Source: Minisyncoccota bacterium
GTDB taxonomy: Bacteria; Patescibacteriota; Minisyncoccia; JAHISW01; Tagabacteraceae
Direction: 5' to 3'
Length of the DNA stretch: 64,000 nucleotides
Assembly (NCBI GenBank): GCA_028711505.1
Contig: JAQTSC010000003.1
Span: 9,397 to 73,396, forward strand
In this document: piece by piece, positions 26,511 to 35,095 of the stretch
Position numbering within the stretch: the stretch's first letter is position 1
Layout: each line of letters starts with the position of its first letter
The notes under the pieces: model-generated
The model's input: only the letters and a program-made list of their open reading frames with translations
Database searches by the model: none
What the model was told of the DNA's origin: nothing
Program-made: the position numbers and the translations under genes

Positions 26511-26583
26511 GCCAGAGTAGCTCAGTTGGCAGAGCAACGCACTCGTAACGCGTAGGTCGGGAGTTCGAATCTCCCCTCTGGCT
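26511..26583 (+). tRNA. tRNA-Thr(CGT)
   Basis: Cloverleaf GCCAGAG/CTCTGGC, anticodon arm ACGCA-CTCGTAA-CGCGT (A31-C39 mismatch). Confidence 0.93.
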
Positions 26584-26609
26584 TTTGTTAAAGATGAACT
26601 TCTGATAAA

Positions 26610-27488
26610 ATGGATATTGAAAGCACAAAGAAAAAATTGGAAGAACTGGAAAGCGAACTTCAAAAACCCGATTTTTGGTCAGACAAAGAAAAAGCGCGGA
26701 CGGTTCTTAAGGAAATAAACGCTTTGAAAGAGCGTTTGTCTTCGCTTAATAAATACGATAAAGGAGATGCGGTGGCGAGCATTTATTCCGGAGCGGGGGG
26801 AGAGGACGCGGAGGATTGGTCAAGAATACTTTTTGAGATGTATCAGAAATTGGCCGAACGCAGAGGATGGGGGCTTAAGATTCTTCATGAACACAGAAAC
26901 GACACCGGCGGTCTTAGAAATATCACTTTCGAAATTTTGGGCAAAAAAGTTTACGGAGACATTAAAAAAGAAATGGGCGTGCATCGTCTCGTAAGAGTGT
27001 CTCCTTTTTCCGCGAAAAATTTGCGTCATACTTCTTTTGCGCTTGTTGAAATTTTGCCCAGGGAAGTGGAGCGGCAGGAAATAGAAATAAGGCCGGAAGA
27101 TCTAGAAGTGGATTTCGCGCGTTCGTCGGGACCAGGAGGCCAGAACGTAAATAAAAGGGAAACGGCGGTGCGACTAAAACATAAACCTACCGGATTAAAC
27201 GTTCATGTTGACTCGGAACGGTCTCAGCAAAGGAACAGAGACAGGGCGGAGGAGCTCTTGCGTTCAAAATTGTTCAGCCTTTACCAAAAATACAAAAAAG
27301 AAGAAATAGACGCGCTTAAAATTACCGGCAAAATGGAACCGGAATGGGGGAACCAGATACGTTCGTATGTTTTTCATCCGTACAAATTGGTAAAAGATCA
27401 CAGAACTGCCGTGGAAACGGTAAAAGTTGACGAAGTCTTGGCCGGAAATTTGGAAGAATTTATAGAGGCGGAGAAAAATCTGCCGTAA
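26610..27488 (+). CDS. prfB: Peptide chain release factor 2 (shortened domain 1)
   Basis: SPF motif (RLVRVSPF), [18 protein letters not shown]. Confidence 0.93.
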   Translation: MDIESTKKKLEELESELQKPDFWSDKEKARTVLKEINALKERLSSLNKYDKGDAVASIYSGAGGEDAEDWSRILFEMYQKLAERRGWGLKILHEHRNDTGGLRNITFEILGKKVYGDIKKEMGVHRLVRVSPFSAKNLRHTSFALVEILPREVERQEIEIRPEDLEVDFARSSGPGGQNVNKRETAVRLKHKPTGLNVHVDSERSQQRNRDRAEELLRSKLFSLYQKYKKEEIDALKITGKMEPEWGNQIRSYVFHPYKLVKDHRTAVETVKVDEVLAGNLEEFIEAEKNLP

Positions 27489-27498
27489 AATACAATCC

Positions 27499-28179
27499 AT
27501 GATTTATTTTAATAATGTTTCAAAAGTTTATTCCGATACTTCAACAGCTCTTCAAGACGTGGATTTTTCGATTGAAGAAGGAGAATTTGTTTCAATTGTC
27601 GGACAATCCGGCGCCGGAAAAACCACTCTGATTAAACTTTTTTTGGCGGAAGAAAGGCCGACTGCCGGAAAAATATTTCTTGATTCTTTAGATATCCATT
27701 CTCTTCCAAGGGGAGACCTCCATGTATTAAGAAGAAGAATAGGAACTGTATTTCAGGAATTCCGCCTTCTTCCCACAAAAACCGCTTATGAAAACGTAGC
27801 TTTTGCCATGCAGGCCGCGGGGAAAACCGAAGAGGAAATAAGAAAAGATGTTCCTCAGGTTTTGGAAGTTGTCGGTCTTGTTGAAAAAAGTTTTCATTTT
27901 CCGAGCGAACTTTCCGGGGGCGAAAAACAGAGAATAGCGATAGCGCGCGCCATCATAAACAGGCCGGACGTGATTGTGGCGGACGAACCGACCGGGAACC
28001 TGGACCCTTTGAATGTTCAGGAAATCATAGAGCTTCTTAAAAAAATAAATGAACTTGGAACTACCGTGATTTTAACCACTCACAATAAGGATATAATCAA
28101 TTCGCTTAGCCGCAGAGTTATCACGCTTGAAAAAGGCCGCGTGGTGCGGGATGATAAAAAGGGCAGATATGTATTATAA
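27499..28179 (+). CDS. ftsE: Cell division ATP-binding protein FtsE
   Basis: [33 protein letters not shown]; upstream of ftsX. Confidence 0.93.
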   Translation: MIYFNNVSKVYSDTSTALQDVDFSIEEGEFVSIVGQSGAGKTTLIKLFLAEERPTAGKIFLDSLDIHSLPRGDLHVLRRRIGTVFQEFRLLPTKTAYENVAFAMQAAGKTEEEIRKDVPQVLEVVGLVEKSFHFPSELSGGEKQRIAIARAIINRPDVIVADEPTGNLDPLNVQEIIELLKKINELGTTVILTTHNKDIINSLSRRVITLEKGRVVRDDKKGRYVL

Positions 28180-28191
28180 ATTTCTGTAAAT

Positions 28192-29118
28192 ATGCTTTGG
28201 GTAAACATAAAAAGAGTTGCGAAAGCGGGGCTCACTAATTTCTGGAGAAATGGCTGGGTATCCTTGGCGACGATTTTGGTAATGGTCATAACCCTTTCGG
28301 TTTTCGGTTCTTTGATCATAGCAAAGGCGACCCTTACTACTGTTTTGGACAGGCTTCAGGATAAGGTTGACATTACCGTGTATTTCAAAACGGGGGCTTC
28401 GGAAGAAGATATTATTTCGTTAAAAAATTCTCTTGCGGATTTGAATGAAGTAAAAGACGTTGAGTATGTTTCTTGCGAAGCGGCGCTTGCGGCTTTTCAG
28501 CAGAGGCACGCCGATAACAGTTTGATAATCCAGTCGCTTGAAGAAATAGACGGCAATCCGCTTGGGGCCAGTTTGAACATAAAAGCAAAAAATCCTTCTC
28601 AATACGAAAGCATCGCCAAATTTTTGGAATCGGGAACGCCGGCGCAGGAAGGAGTTTTTTCTGCCATAGACAAAGTCAATTACCACCAGAACAGGTTGGT
28701 GATAGACAGGATGGCGAATATTTTGCAGACATCGCGAAACCTTGGTTCCGGACTTAGTTTGGCGCTCGCGTTTGTGGCGCTTTTGGTTACTTTTAATACC
28801 ATACGGCTTGCGATTTACACGAACAGCGAGGAGATAAAAGTAATGCGCCTTGTCGGCGCTTCAAATAAATATATCAGGAGCCCTTTTGTGGTTGAAGGGA
28901 CTCTTTACGGAGTTTTTGCCAGTATAATTTCCATGGCTCTTTTTTATCCGCTTACTTTGTGGTTGGGTCCTATGTCTGAAAGGTTTTTGGGCGATATCAA
29001 TATTTTTACTTATTATGTTTCCAATTTTTTTGAAATTTTTGCCGTTCTTCTTATTGTGGGTGTTTCTTTGGGGGTGGTTTCAAGCTGGATCGCTACGAGA
29101 AGATATTTAGGGGTGTAA
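28192..29118 (+). CDS. ftsX: Cell division permease FtsX
   Basis: NPL.AS, NTIRLAIY...EI.VMRLVGAS...IR.PF. Confidence 0.93.
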   Translation: MLWVNIKRVAKAGLTNFWRNGWVSLATILVMVITLSVFGSLIIAKATLTTVLDRLQDKVDITVYFKTGASEEDIISLKNSLADLNEVKDVEYVSCEAALAAFQQRHADNSLIIQSLEEIDGNPLGASLNIKAKNPSQYESIAKFLESGTPAQEGVFSAIDKVNYHQNRLVIDRMANILQTSRNLGSGLSLALAFVALLVTFNTIRLAIYTNSEEIKVMRLVGASNKYIRSPFVVEGTLYGVFASIISMALFYPLTLWLGPMSERFLGDINIFTYYVSNFFEIFAVLLIVGVSLGVVSSWIATRRYLGV

Positions 29119-29125
29119 TAAATTT

Positions 29126-29770
29126 TTACAAAAAATCATACCAATCCGGAACCTTTAGGGTTTCCGGATTTTTTCCATCCCAGGAAATTTCTCCCCGTAA
29201 AATAAGATCGGTTATAAATGATTGCCAGGCGTGTTCTATTTTGTTGGTTTTCGCGGCTAGCGTTTCAGCAGTATCGCTTTCTTCCACCAAAACCGGGAAA
29301 CGGAAAAAAATCGGTCCTTTGTCGTATTCTTCGTTTACAAAGTGCATGGAGACCGCCGATTCTTTTATTTCACCTTTTTTAAACGCTTCAATTACGGCTT
29401 CGTGCACGAAATGCCCGTACATTCCAGGACCTCCGAATCGCGGCAATGGCCCGGGGTGTATGTTTATTGTTTTTGCCGGCGGCAGACCAAGCGCAAGCTT
29501 GAGCCATCCGGAAAGCGACACCCATTCGGCTTCATATTTTTCAAGAATTTTTTTGTATTCTTCGCTCGTCCACGGACCTTTAAACAGCTCAAAAGGGATT
29601 TTCCATTTTTCCGATTTTTGGCGGACTCCGCCGTTTTCATGATTTGACACGACAGCGACTATTTCCGCGTTCAGAATTCCTGTTTTTGAATTTTTAACGA
29701 GTTCTTCAAAACCCGAGCCGCCTCCGTCTTTTGTTCCCGAAGCAAAGATTATAAGTTTTGGTTTGAGCAT
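29126..29770 (-). CDS. purN: Phosphoribosylglycinamide formyltransferase-like protein
   Basis: IFASG....GGSG, VVSN, LSGW, INIHPG.LP.FGG.GMYG..VH, HFVNEEYD.GP. Confidence 0.75.
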   Translation of the reverse strand: MLKPKLIIFASGTKDGGGSGFEELVKNSKTGILNAEIVAVVSNHENGGVRQKSEKWKIPFELFKGPWTSEEYKKILEKYEAEWVSLSGWLKLALGLPPAKTINIHPGPLPRFGGPGMYGHFVHEAVIEAFKKGEIKESAVSMHFVNEEYDKGPIFFRFPVLVEESDTAETLAAKTNKIEHAWQSFITDLILRGEISWDGKNPETLKVPDWYDFL

Positions 29771-29894
29771 ATTGAAAAAATACAGCAAAAATCGGCGGCT
29801 TGCAATTAAAACAAGGTGTGTTAATTTATACCCAGAAAAAGAACTTTGACTTGGTATATTAAATTCTTGGGATTTTCCGAAAAGGAGGTAGTAT

Positions 29895-30758
29895 ATGGCG
29901 AAGAATCAGATTGTTGAATTGAACAAGGCGATTGCCGTTTCGGGAAAAAAGCTGGCGAAACTGAAAAAGGCGGAAGTAACGGCGCGGAAAACGTGGACAA
30001 GAGAATATCGCAGGTTTTTGAAAGCCGCCGAAGGGCTGGCTAATTTGAAGAAAAGGAAAACGAAAAAGCGCGGAACTCTTGTGAATATCGTGAAGGATTG
30101 GCGGGAGAAAAGTTTCGCTTTGACAAAAGCGCGAGATGAAGCGCGGCAATCCATGGCGGAAGAAGAAAGGAATTTCCACATGCTTGAAACAAAGCGCCAG
30201 ATTTTTATCGCCCGACACGAAGAAAGGGTAAAAGCGGACGACGAACTGGTAAAACAAACTTTTGCTTTGAGCTGTGCGGTGGCGCGCGCCCTGGACGAAA
30301 GGAATTCGTATCTTAATTCCCGTGTTTTCCCGAAGCTTGTCGGAAAAGAAGGAAATCTTAAGTCTCAAATTACTATTGATAGTTCTGACGGGCTCCGGCG
30401 AGTTGTTGCCATGGTCAATGCCATTAGTAGGATTGATGTGGATTTGGCTGCTCGGGCGAAAGAAAAGATTGAAGAGTTTTTCAGCAGATTCCAGGAACAA
30501 GTGAAGATGGATTCGGTGGCGCAAATGTTTTACGAGTTAACACGGAAGATTTTGGTGGAAAAAACCAGTTTTCAAATAGGCCCGGATTTGTACAGATTTT
30601 TAAGTCTGGATATTGACCAGCAATCTTTTCCCGGACTCAAAGAAGCTCAGGAGCTTCTGATTAACGGATTAAGAAGCGAGAAATCTTCTTCTTATGTTCG
30701 GCTTTATGAAAGAGAAGGGCGGAATAATCCATGGAAACGGTTGAATGTTGGAGGATAA
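29895..30758 (+). CDS. Hypothetical protein: basic coiled-coil N-terminus plus DUF3164-like (Mu-like phage) C-terminus
   Basis: SD AAAGGAGG; ITIDSSDG, AKEKIEEF and SSSYVRLYER resemble DUF3164 motifs (recognised from memory, not searched). Confidence 0.55.
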   Translation: MAKNQIVELNKAIAVSGKKLAKLKKAEVTARKTWTREYRRFLKAAEGLANLKKRKTKKRGTLVNIVKDWREKSFALTKARDEARQSMAEEERNFHMLETKRQIFIARHEERVKADDELVKQTFALSCAVARALDERNSYLNSRVFPKLVGKEGNLKSQITIDSSDGLRRVVAMVNAISRIDVDLAARAKEKIEEFFSRFQEQVKMDSVAQMFYELTRKILVEKTSFQIGPDLYRFLSLDIDQQSFPGLKEAQELLINGLRSEKSSSYVRLYEREGRNNPWKRLNVGG

Positions 30759-30765
30759 ATTATCT

Positions 30766-30954
30766 ATGCCTTATTTTGAACTGATTTTGTGCAGAGCCAG
30801 TGGGGAAAAAAGAGCCAAGGATCTTATTATACAAGGAATTCCAGCAGAATCCGAAAATGTGCTCAGAGCTTTTTTCCAGCGAGTTAGAAAGAAAGGAGGG
30901 TTCAATCGCAAAAGGATAAAGGAAATTCATCCGTTTTCCGATGAAGAAAAATGA
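30766..30954 (+). CDS. Small hypothetical protein
   Basis: SD GGAGG before ATG 30766; followed by a terminator. Confidence 0.55.
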   Translation: MPYFELILCRASGEKRAKDLIIQGIPAESENVLRAFFQRVRKKGGFNRKRIKEIHPFSDEEK

Positions 30955-30971
30955 GAAGTTTGATGAATTAT

Positions 30972-31001
30972 TTGCCCCGATATGATGTCGGGGCAATTTT
31001 T
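30972..31001 (+). terminator. Intrinsic terminator
   Basis: TTGCCCCGATA/TGTCGGGGCAA stem plus T5. Confidence 0.75.
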
Positions 31002-31002
31002 A

Positions 31003-31031
31003 TTGCAATAACGCGTTTTGGGTAGTATCTT
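31003..31031 (+). promoter_or_regulatory. Putative promoter for the pseudo-tRNA/GIY-YIG/tRNA-Gln unit
   Basis: TTGCAA-17 nt-TATCTT. Confidence 0.5.
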
Positions 31032-31053
31032 GAAATATATCATTCCGGGATCG

Positions 31054-31086
31054 CCCGCCTAGACTCGACCGTCTAGTCGAGGCGGG
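31054..31086 (+). repeat. 33-nt palindromic element 1
   Basis: CCCGCCTAGACTCGACCGTCTAGTCGAGGCGGG with terminal inverted repeat CCCGCCT/AGGCGGG. Confidence 0.85.
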
Positions 31087-31094
31087 TCTAATGG

Positions 31095-31127
31095 CCCGCC
31101 TCGCGTCGGCTCGCGAGTCGAGGCAGA
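31095..31127 (+). repeat. 33-nt palindromic element 2
   Basis: CCCGCCTCGCGTCGGCTCGCGAGTCGAGGCAGA; stem GCCTCG/CGAGGC; same length and ends as element 1. Confidence 0.8.
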
Positions 31128-31137
31128 TAGGACAAAT

Positions 31138-31386
31138 ATGTATAAAGTTTATATTTTAAAGAGTCTTACAGCAAAAAAGTCTTATGTCGGGTTAACCGTT
31201 GATTTAGATAGGAGATTGAAGGAACATAATTCGGGAAAGCATTTTTATACGCGTAGATATTTACCATGGGAAATTGTATCTTTTGAAGAACGAGAGAATT
31301 TGCTAGAAGCAAGAAAGCGTGAAAAATATTTAAAATCAGCAGCAGGCAGAAGATATTTGAAGAAATTTATATTTGGGAATATTTGA
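31138..31386 (+). CDS. Stand-alone GIY-YIG nuclease
   Basis: VYILKS.....YVG.T.DL.RRL.EHN.G...YT....PW......E....AR.REKYLKS motif. Confidence 0.93.
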   Translation: MYKVYILKSLTAKKSYVGLTVDLDRRLKEHNSGKHFYTRRYLPWEIVSFEERENLLEARKREKYLKSAAGRRYLKKFIFGNI

Positions 31387-31398
31387 GCCTGTAATTTT

Positions 31399-31469
31399 TG
31401 CGGGATCGTCTAATGGTAGGACACATGCCTCTGGAGCATGGTATCTAGGTTCGAGTCCTAGTCCCGCAG
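31399..31469 (+). tRNA. tRNA-Gln(CTG)
   Basis: TGCGGGA/TCCCGCA acceptor stem, CATGC-CTCTGGA-GCATG anticodon arm, CTAGG-TTCGAGT-CCTAG T arm. Confidence 0.96.
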
Positions 31470-31551
31470 TCAGCTTGAGATAGGTTCGTTCGAGTTCCTT
31501 CTCACCTGCAAGTTTTTATTAACTTGTTAATAGCTAATTTATTTATAAATA

Positions 31552-31920
31552 ATGGAAAATTTTTTATTTTGGTGGTCTATTGTGTCTACATTTATTGGTG
31601 TAATACTTTTATGCTTTTCAATATGGCAATACAAAGATGGAAAAAACCAATCTGGTAAAATTAGGGCTCAAGTTAAAGTATGGATGGAACAAGCAAATGG
31701 TTTAAGTTTAGCATTGCAACGTATTGTTGCTGATAATTTGAGCAAAAGATATTCTACCACTAACGATGTATGTAATGCTGTATGGGCTTTGCAAATATCA
31801 GCTTTTTCTTTATATCAAAGTTTGTATGAGGAAAGATGTGTAACAGAAGAAGAATATAAAGCGAGACAAAAAAAGATTGCTGATATGGTAGAAGCAAAAC
31901 AATCTGAACAGATTAAATAA
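31552..31920 (+). CDS. Hypothetical protein with N-terminal TM segment (visibly AT-rich)
   Basis: 122-aa ORF, TM segment plus helical region; sequence lacks the CG-rich codons of neighbouring genes. Confidence 0.65.
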   Translation: MENFLFWWSIVSTFIGVILLCFSIWQYKDGKNQSGKIRAQVKVWMEQANGLSLALQRIVADNLSKRYSTTNDVCNAVWALQISAFSLYQSLYEERCVTEEEYKARQKKIADMVEAKQSEQIK

Positions 31921-31984
31921 AAAAATATTAATGCTTGAGGTTTAGCGAAATAATAAAATAAAAATTATTAGTAATTAAAAAAAT

Positions 31985-32230
31985 ATGAACACATCGCAAA
32001 TTTATATCGCCATAGCAATCGCGGCATTGGCGATAATCGCAATTGTTCTTTTTGTGGTCAGAAAAAACAAGCCGCGCGAAAAGCTTTCCACACTTGGCGC
32101 TTTCGCGCTTCTTTTGGTTATAGCGGGGATTGTATTTGGCGATAGCCAGCCGATTGGCTATGGTCTAATGACTGTTGGCGGAATTTTGGCCGCGATTGAT
32201 ATTGTAAGAAAATTGAGAAAACATGAGTAA
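31985..32230 (+). CDS. Small membrane protein (3 TM segments)
   Basis: Hydrophobic ORF whose stop overlaps the next start. Confidence 0.7.
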   Translation: MNTSQIYIAIAIAALAIIAIVLFVVRKNKPREKLSTLGAFALLLVIAGIVFGDSQPIGYGLMTVGGILAAIDIVRKLRKHE

Positions 32231-32675
32231 TAAATACGAAGGACAAATTGAAGTTGTTGGCTCTCCAATTATCGTTAATCGCAGAGGGGAAATTTTACTT
32301 ATCAAATCTTATAAATGGGGTGATAAATATCTTATTCCTGGGGGACATGCGGAAGTGGGGGAAATGATTTTTGAAACGGCAAAACGCGAGGGCGAGGAAG
32401 AGACAGGATTAAAACTTGAACCACAGTTTTGTGTGAATATCGGAGAACTAATCTATGACCCGGATTTTTACAGAAAAGCGCACCTTGTGTATTTTCATAT
32501 TGTTTGCAATGCTCTTACTGATGATATAAGGCTTGACGAGAAAGAGTTGAAAGAATTTATTTGGATTGAGCCAAAAAAAGCGTTGGATTTGGCACTTACC
32601 AAGGGAGTTAAAAAGTCTTTAGAGAACTATATTAATGGAATTCGGATAGATATAAATTCTTTTGTTAACGATTAA
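32223..32675 (+). CDS. Nudix hydrolase
   Basis: Nudix box GGHAEVGEMIFETAKREGEEETGL. Confidence 0.9.
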   Translation: MSNKYEGQIEVVGSPIIVNRRGEILLIKSYKWGDKYLIPGGHAEVGEMIFETAKREGEEETGLKLEPQFCVNIGELIYDPDFYRKAHLVYFHIVCNALTDDIRLDEKELKEFIWIEPKKALDLALTKGVKKSLENYINGIRIDINSFVND

Positions 32676-32733
32676 AACTAGACGAGTGTATAAGGGTTGC
32701 TTTTTTGGCCGTTTTGTCGTATCATTACGAGTA

Positions 32734-32967
32734 ATGAAAGGAAACAGAAAAGAAGAGGAACTTAATCAGGCTCAAGTGACACTTCTTTCGTTTTTGGAAT
32801 CATATAATCAAACTATTCCAGCGAGCTTCCCTCACGCATCAGTCCCGATATTGAAAAAATTTCAAGGCGCTCATCCTACACTTTTTAAAGATACCGATTT
32901 ATGGTCTGTCGCTCAGCACAGAAAAAGATTGATGGATTGGCTCTTTACTTATCGTGAGGCTATTTAA
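32734..32967 (+). CDS. Small hypothetical protein
   Basis: ATG 32734 preceded by a TATCAT -10 element; WS..QHRKRLMDWL C-terminus. Confidence 0.6.
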   Translation: MKGNRKEEELNQAQVTLLSFLESYNQTIPASFPHASVPILKKFQGAHPTLFKDTDLWSVAQHRKRLMDWLFTYREAI

Positions 32968-32979
32968 TTTGAAATAAAT

Positions 32980-33147
32980 ATGAACTCGTCCAGGTCGTCT
33001 ATTTGGATAGGATTGTTTTTAGGATCTATCGTCGGAAGTTATATACCCGCCCTTTGGGGAGCGGGTATATTTTCTTTTTCTTCAATAATTTTTAGCGGCA
33101 TCGGCGCTATTTTGGGCATTTGGGTTGGTTTTAAACTTGGGCAATAG
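32980..33147 (+). CDS. Small Gly-rich membrane protein (55 aa; not in the ORF track)
   Basis: Translated by hand: MNSSRSSIWIGLFLGSIVGSYIPALWGAGIFSFSSIIFSGIGAILGIWVGFKLGQ; fills the gap in a same-strand gene run. Confidence 0.7.
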   Translation: MNSSRSSIWIGLFLGSIVGSYIPALWGAGIFSFSSIIFSGIGAILGIWVGFKLGQ

Positions 33148-33159
33148 TAATATTAAAAC

Positions 33160-33357
33160 ATGGAGCAAGAAGAAATAGTTAAAAAATTAGATGCGCTTGA
33201 AAAAGCGATTGAGGAAAATACAAGAATCACGCGGCAGTTGCGGCTGTATTTTATCTTAATGGTTGTGATTTCCGCGGCCGTAGTTATTTTGCCGTTGATA
33301 GGACTTTTGTTCGTGCTGCCGGGTTTTTTGTCATCGTATGGCAATTTGGGTATTTAA
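33160..33357 (+). CDS. Small coiled-coil plus TM protein
   Basis: Charged helical N-terminus then a hydrophobic segment. Confidence 0.65.
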   Translation: MEQEEIVKKLDALEKAIEENTRITRQLRLYFILMVVISAAVVILPLIGLLFVLPGFLSSYGNLGI

Positions 33358-33453
33358 AATTTATTTATGAAAGGGAAACTCCTTTCATAATCGGGTTATT
33401 AAAAGAATCGCTTTCGCCTTAGGTATTTTTATTATTAATTTTATAACAATGAT

Positions 33454-34224
33454 ATGGACATATTCTATTGGATTTTAGGTTTCGCTATTTTTATTATTCT
33501 TATTTCCATAAAGCAGGTAAACCAATATCAAAAAGGCGTGAAATTTATGTTCGGTAAATATACAGGAATGATGGACCCGGGTTGGCGTTTGGTTTTTCCC
33601 GTAATCCAGTCGTATCAAAAAGTGGATTTGCGCGTTAAGGCCGTTGACGTGCCGAACCAGGAGGCGATTACCAAAGACAATATTTCCGTGGGGGTAAACG
33701 CCGTTATTTATTACAAAGTTCAGGACGCGAGCAAGGCGTTTTTGGAGGTGGAGAATTTTTTCTACGCTGTTTCCCAGCTCGCGCAGACAACGATGCGGAA
33801 TGTGGTGGGACAGGTTGTCTTGGACGACCTTCTTTCTCAGCGCGACAGGGTTTCGGAGAATATAAGAACCATAATAGATTTGGCGACCGATCCGTGGGGC
33901 ATAAAAGTGAATAATGTGGAGCTTAAAGATATTTCTCTGCCGGAAGAAATGAAGCGCGTCATCGGAAAACAGGCCGAAGCGGAGCGTGAAAAGCGGGCGA
34001 TAATTATAAAAGCCGAGGGTGAGGTTGTTGCCGCTTCAAATATGGCAAAAGCCGCGGAAACCCTGGCTTCGTCGGACGGAGCCTTGCATTTAAGGACGCT
34101 TCAATCCATAAACGACATAAGCTCTGACCAATCAAACACTATCGTTTTTGCCGTGCCTCTTGAAGTTTTGAGGGCATTTGAACGATATGGCAGAACATCT
34201 TCTAAGAATGAAAACAGGGAATAA
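33454..34224 (+). CDS. SPFH/Band 7 (slipin) family protein
   Basis: VDLR..AVDVP.QE.ITKDN, AQTT.R.V.G, QAEAERE.RA, LRTLQ. Confidence 0.93.
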   Translation: MDIFYWILGFAIFIILISIKQVNQYQKGVKFMFGKYTGMMDPGWRLVFPVIQSYQKVDLRVKAVDVPNQEAITKDNISVGVNAVIYYKVQDASKAFLEVENFFYAVSQLAQTTMRNVVGQVVLDDLLSQRDRVSENIRTIIDLATDPWGIKVNNVELKDISLPEEMKRVIGKQAEAEREKRAIIIKAEGEVVAASNMAKAAETLASSDGALHLRTLQSINDISSDQSNTIVFAVPLEVLRAFERYGRTSSKNENRE

Positions 34225-34951
34225 AGTTGGAAAAGAGTCGGTTTTAAATCTGAAAAAAGAACTTAGAAAATTACAAAATCCGAAACAGGAGGAAAACCTT
34301 TCGCGTTTTTTTAAAACAGGGAAAGGAGAATACGGCGAGGGCGATAAGTTTTTGGGAATAAAAGTTCCGGCTCAAAGAAAAGTTGCGAAAAAATATACCG
34401 GTTTGAGTTTTGGAGAAATATCGCGGCTTTTAAAAAGCAAAATACACGAAGAACGGCTTGTCGGACTTTTGATTTTAGTTGCTCAGTACAAAAAATCGCC
34501 GGTTGAACCAAAAGAGAAAGAAAAAATTTTTAGGTTTTATCTTAAAAATACAAAAGGCATAAATAATTGGGATTTGGTTGATTTATCGGCTCCGAATATT
34601 GTCGGCGGTTGGCTTTTTGATAAGCCATCCAAACGGGCAATTTTATACAAACTTGCGCGTTCAAAAAATCTGTGGGAAAGAAGAATCGCTGTTTTGGCGA
34701 CAGCGATGTTTATAAAAAATAGTGATTTCAACGATATTTTAAAGATTTCAGAAATTCTTTTAAACGATAGACACGACCTTATTCATAAAGCCGTCGGTTG
34801 GATGCTTAGGGAAGTGGGAAAGCGAGATAAAAAAATTTTGGAAAAATTTCTAAATAAGCACGCGCTAAAAATGCCGCGCGTAATGCTTCGCTACTCAATT
34901 GAAAAATTCGGTGAAAGGGAAAGAAAGATATATTTGCGTCGGATGAGTTAA
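34208..34951 (+). CDS. DNA alkylation repair protein (AlkD-like)
   Basis: FFKTGKGEYGEGD.FLG, NNWDLVD, WERR, DLIHKAVGWMLRE. Confidence 0.9.
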   Translation: MKTGNKVGKESVLNLKKELRKLQNPKQEENLSRFFKTGKGEYGEGDKFLGIKVPAQRKVAKKYTGLSFGEISRLLKSKIHEERLVGLLILVAQYKKSPVEPKEKEKIFRFYLKNTKGINNWDLVDLSAPNIVGGWLFDKPSKRAILYKLARSKNLWERRIAVLATAMFIKNSDFNDILKISEILLNDRHDLIHKAVGWMLREVGKRDKKILEKFLNKHALKMPRVMLRYSIEKFGERERKIYLRRMS

Positions 34952-35095
34952 CAGAAATTTAAATTACACGCTTGCAGAATTCGATCAGCAAAAACATCCC
35001 TGGCGCGCGCTATCAAGCTTTTATTTGACTCTTTCCTTTTTTCTTGGTATCATTCCATCAATCTCCCGCGGGTCGGGAAATTTTATTTTAGAGAT

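Larger units (their letters stand above)
31044..31134 (+). pseudogene. Duplicated tRNA-Gln 5' half interrupted by two palindromic inserts
   Basis: Removing 31054-31086 and 31095-31127 leaves TCCGGGATCG-TCTAATGG-TAGGACA, a 24/25 match to the first 25 nt of tRNA-Gln at 31399. Confidence 0.85.

Noticed and set aside
26442-26663. 73-aa minus-strand ORF
   Set aside because: Reverse translation of two tRNA-Thr genes
31054-31127. CRISPR-like repeat pair
   Set aside because: Only two divergent units with an 8-nt gap that is tRNA sequence; no cas genes in the window
31044-31469. Intron-containing tRNA (group I intron with GIY-YIG homing endonuclease)
   Set aside because: No group I core is visible and there is no free matching 3' exon; the downstream tRNA is already complete
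33365-33390. AT-rich hairpin TTATGAAAGG/CCTTTCATAA upstream of the SPFH gene
   Set aside because: No U tract or recognisable riboswitch motif; function cannot be supported
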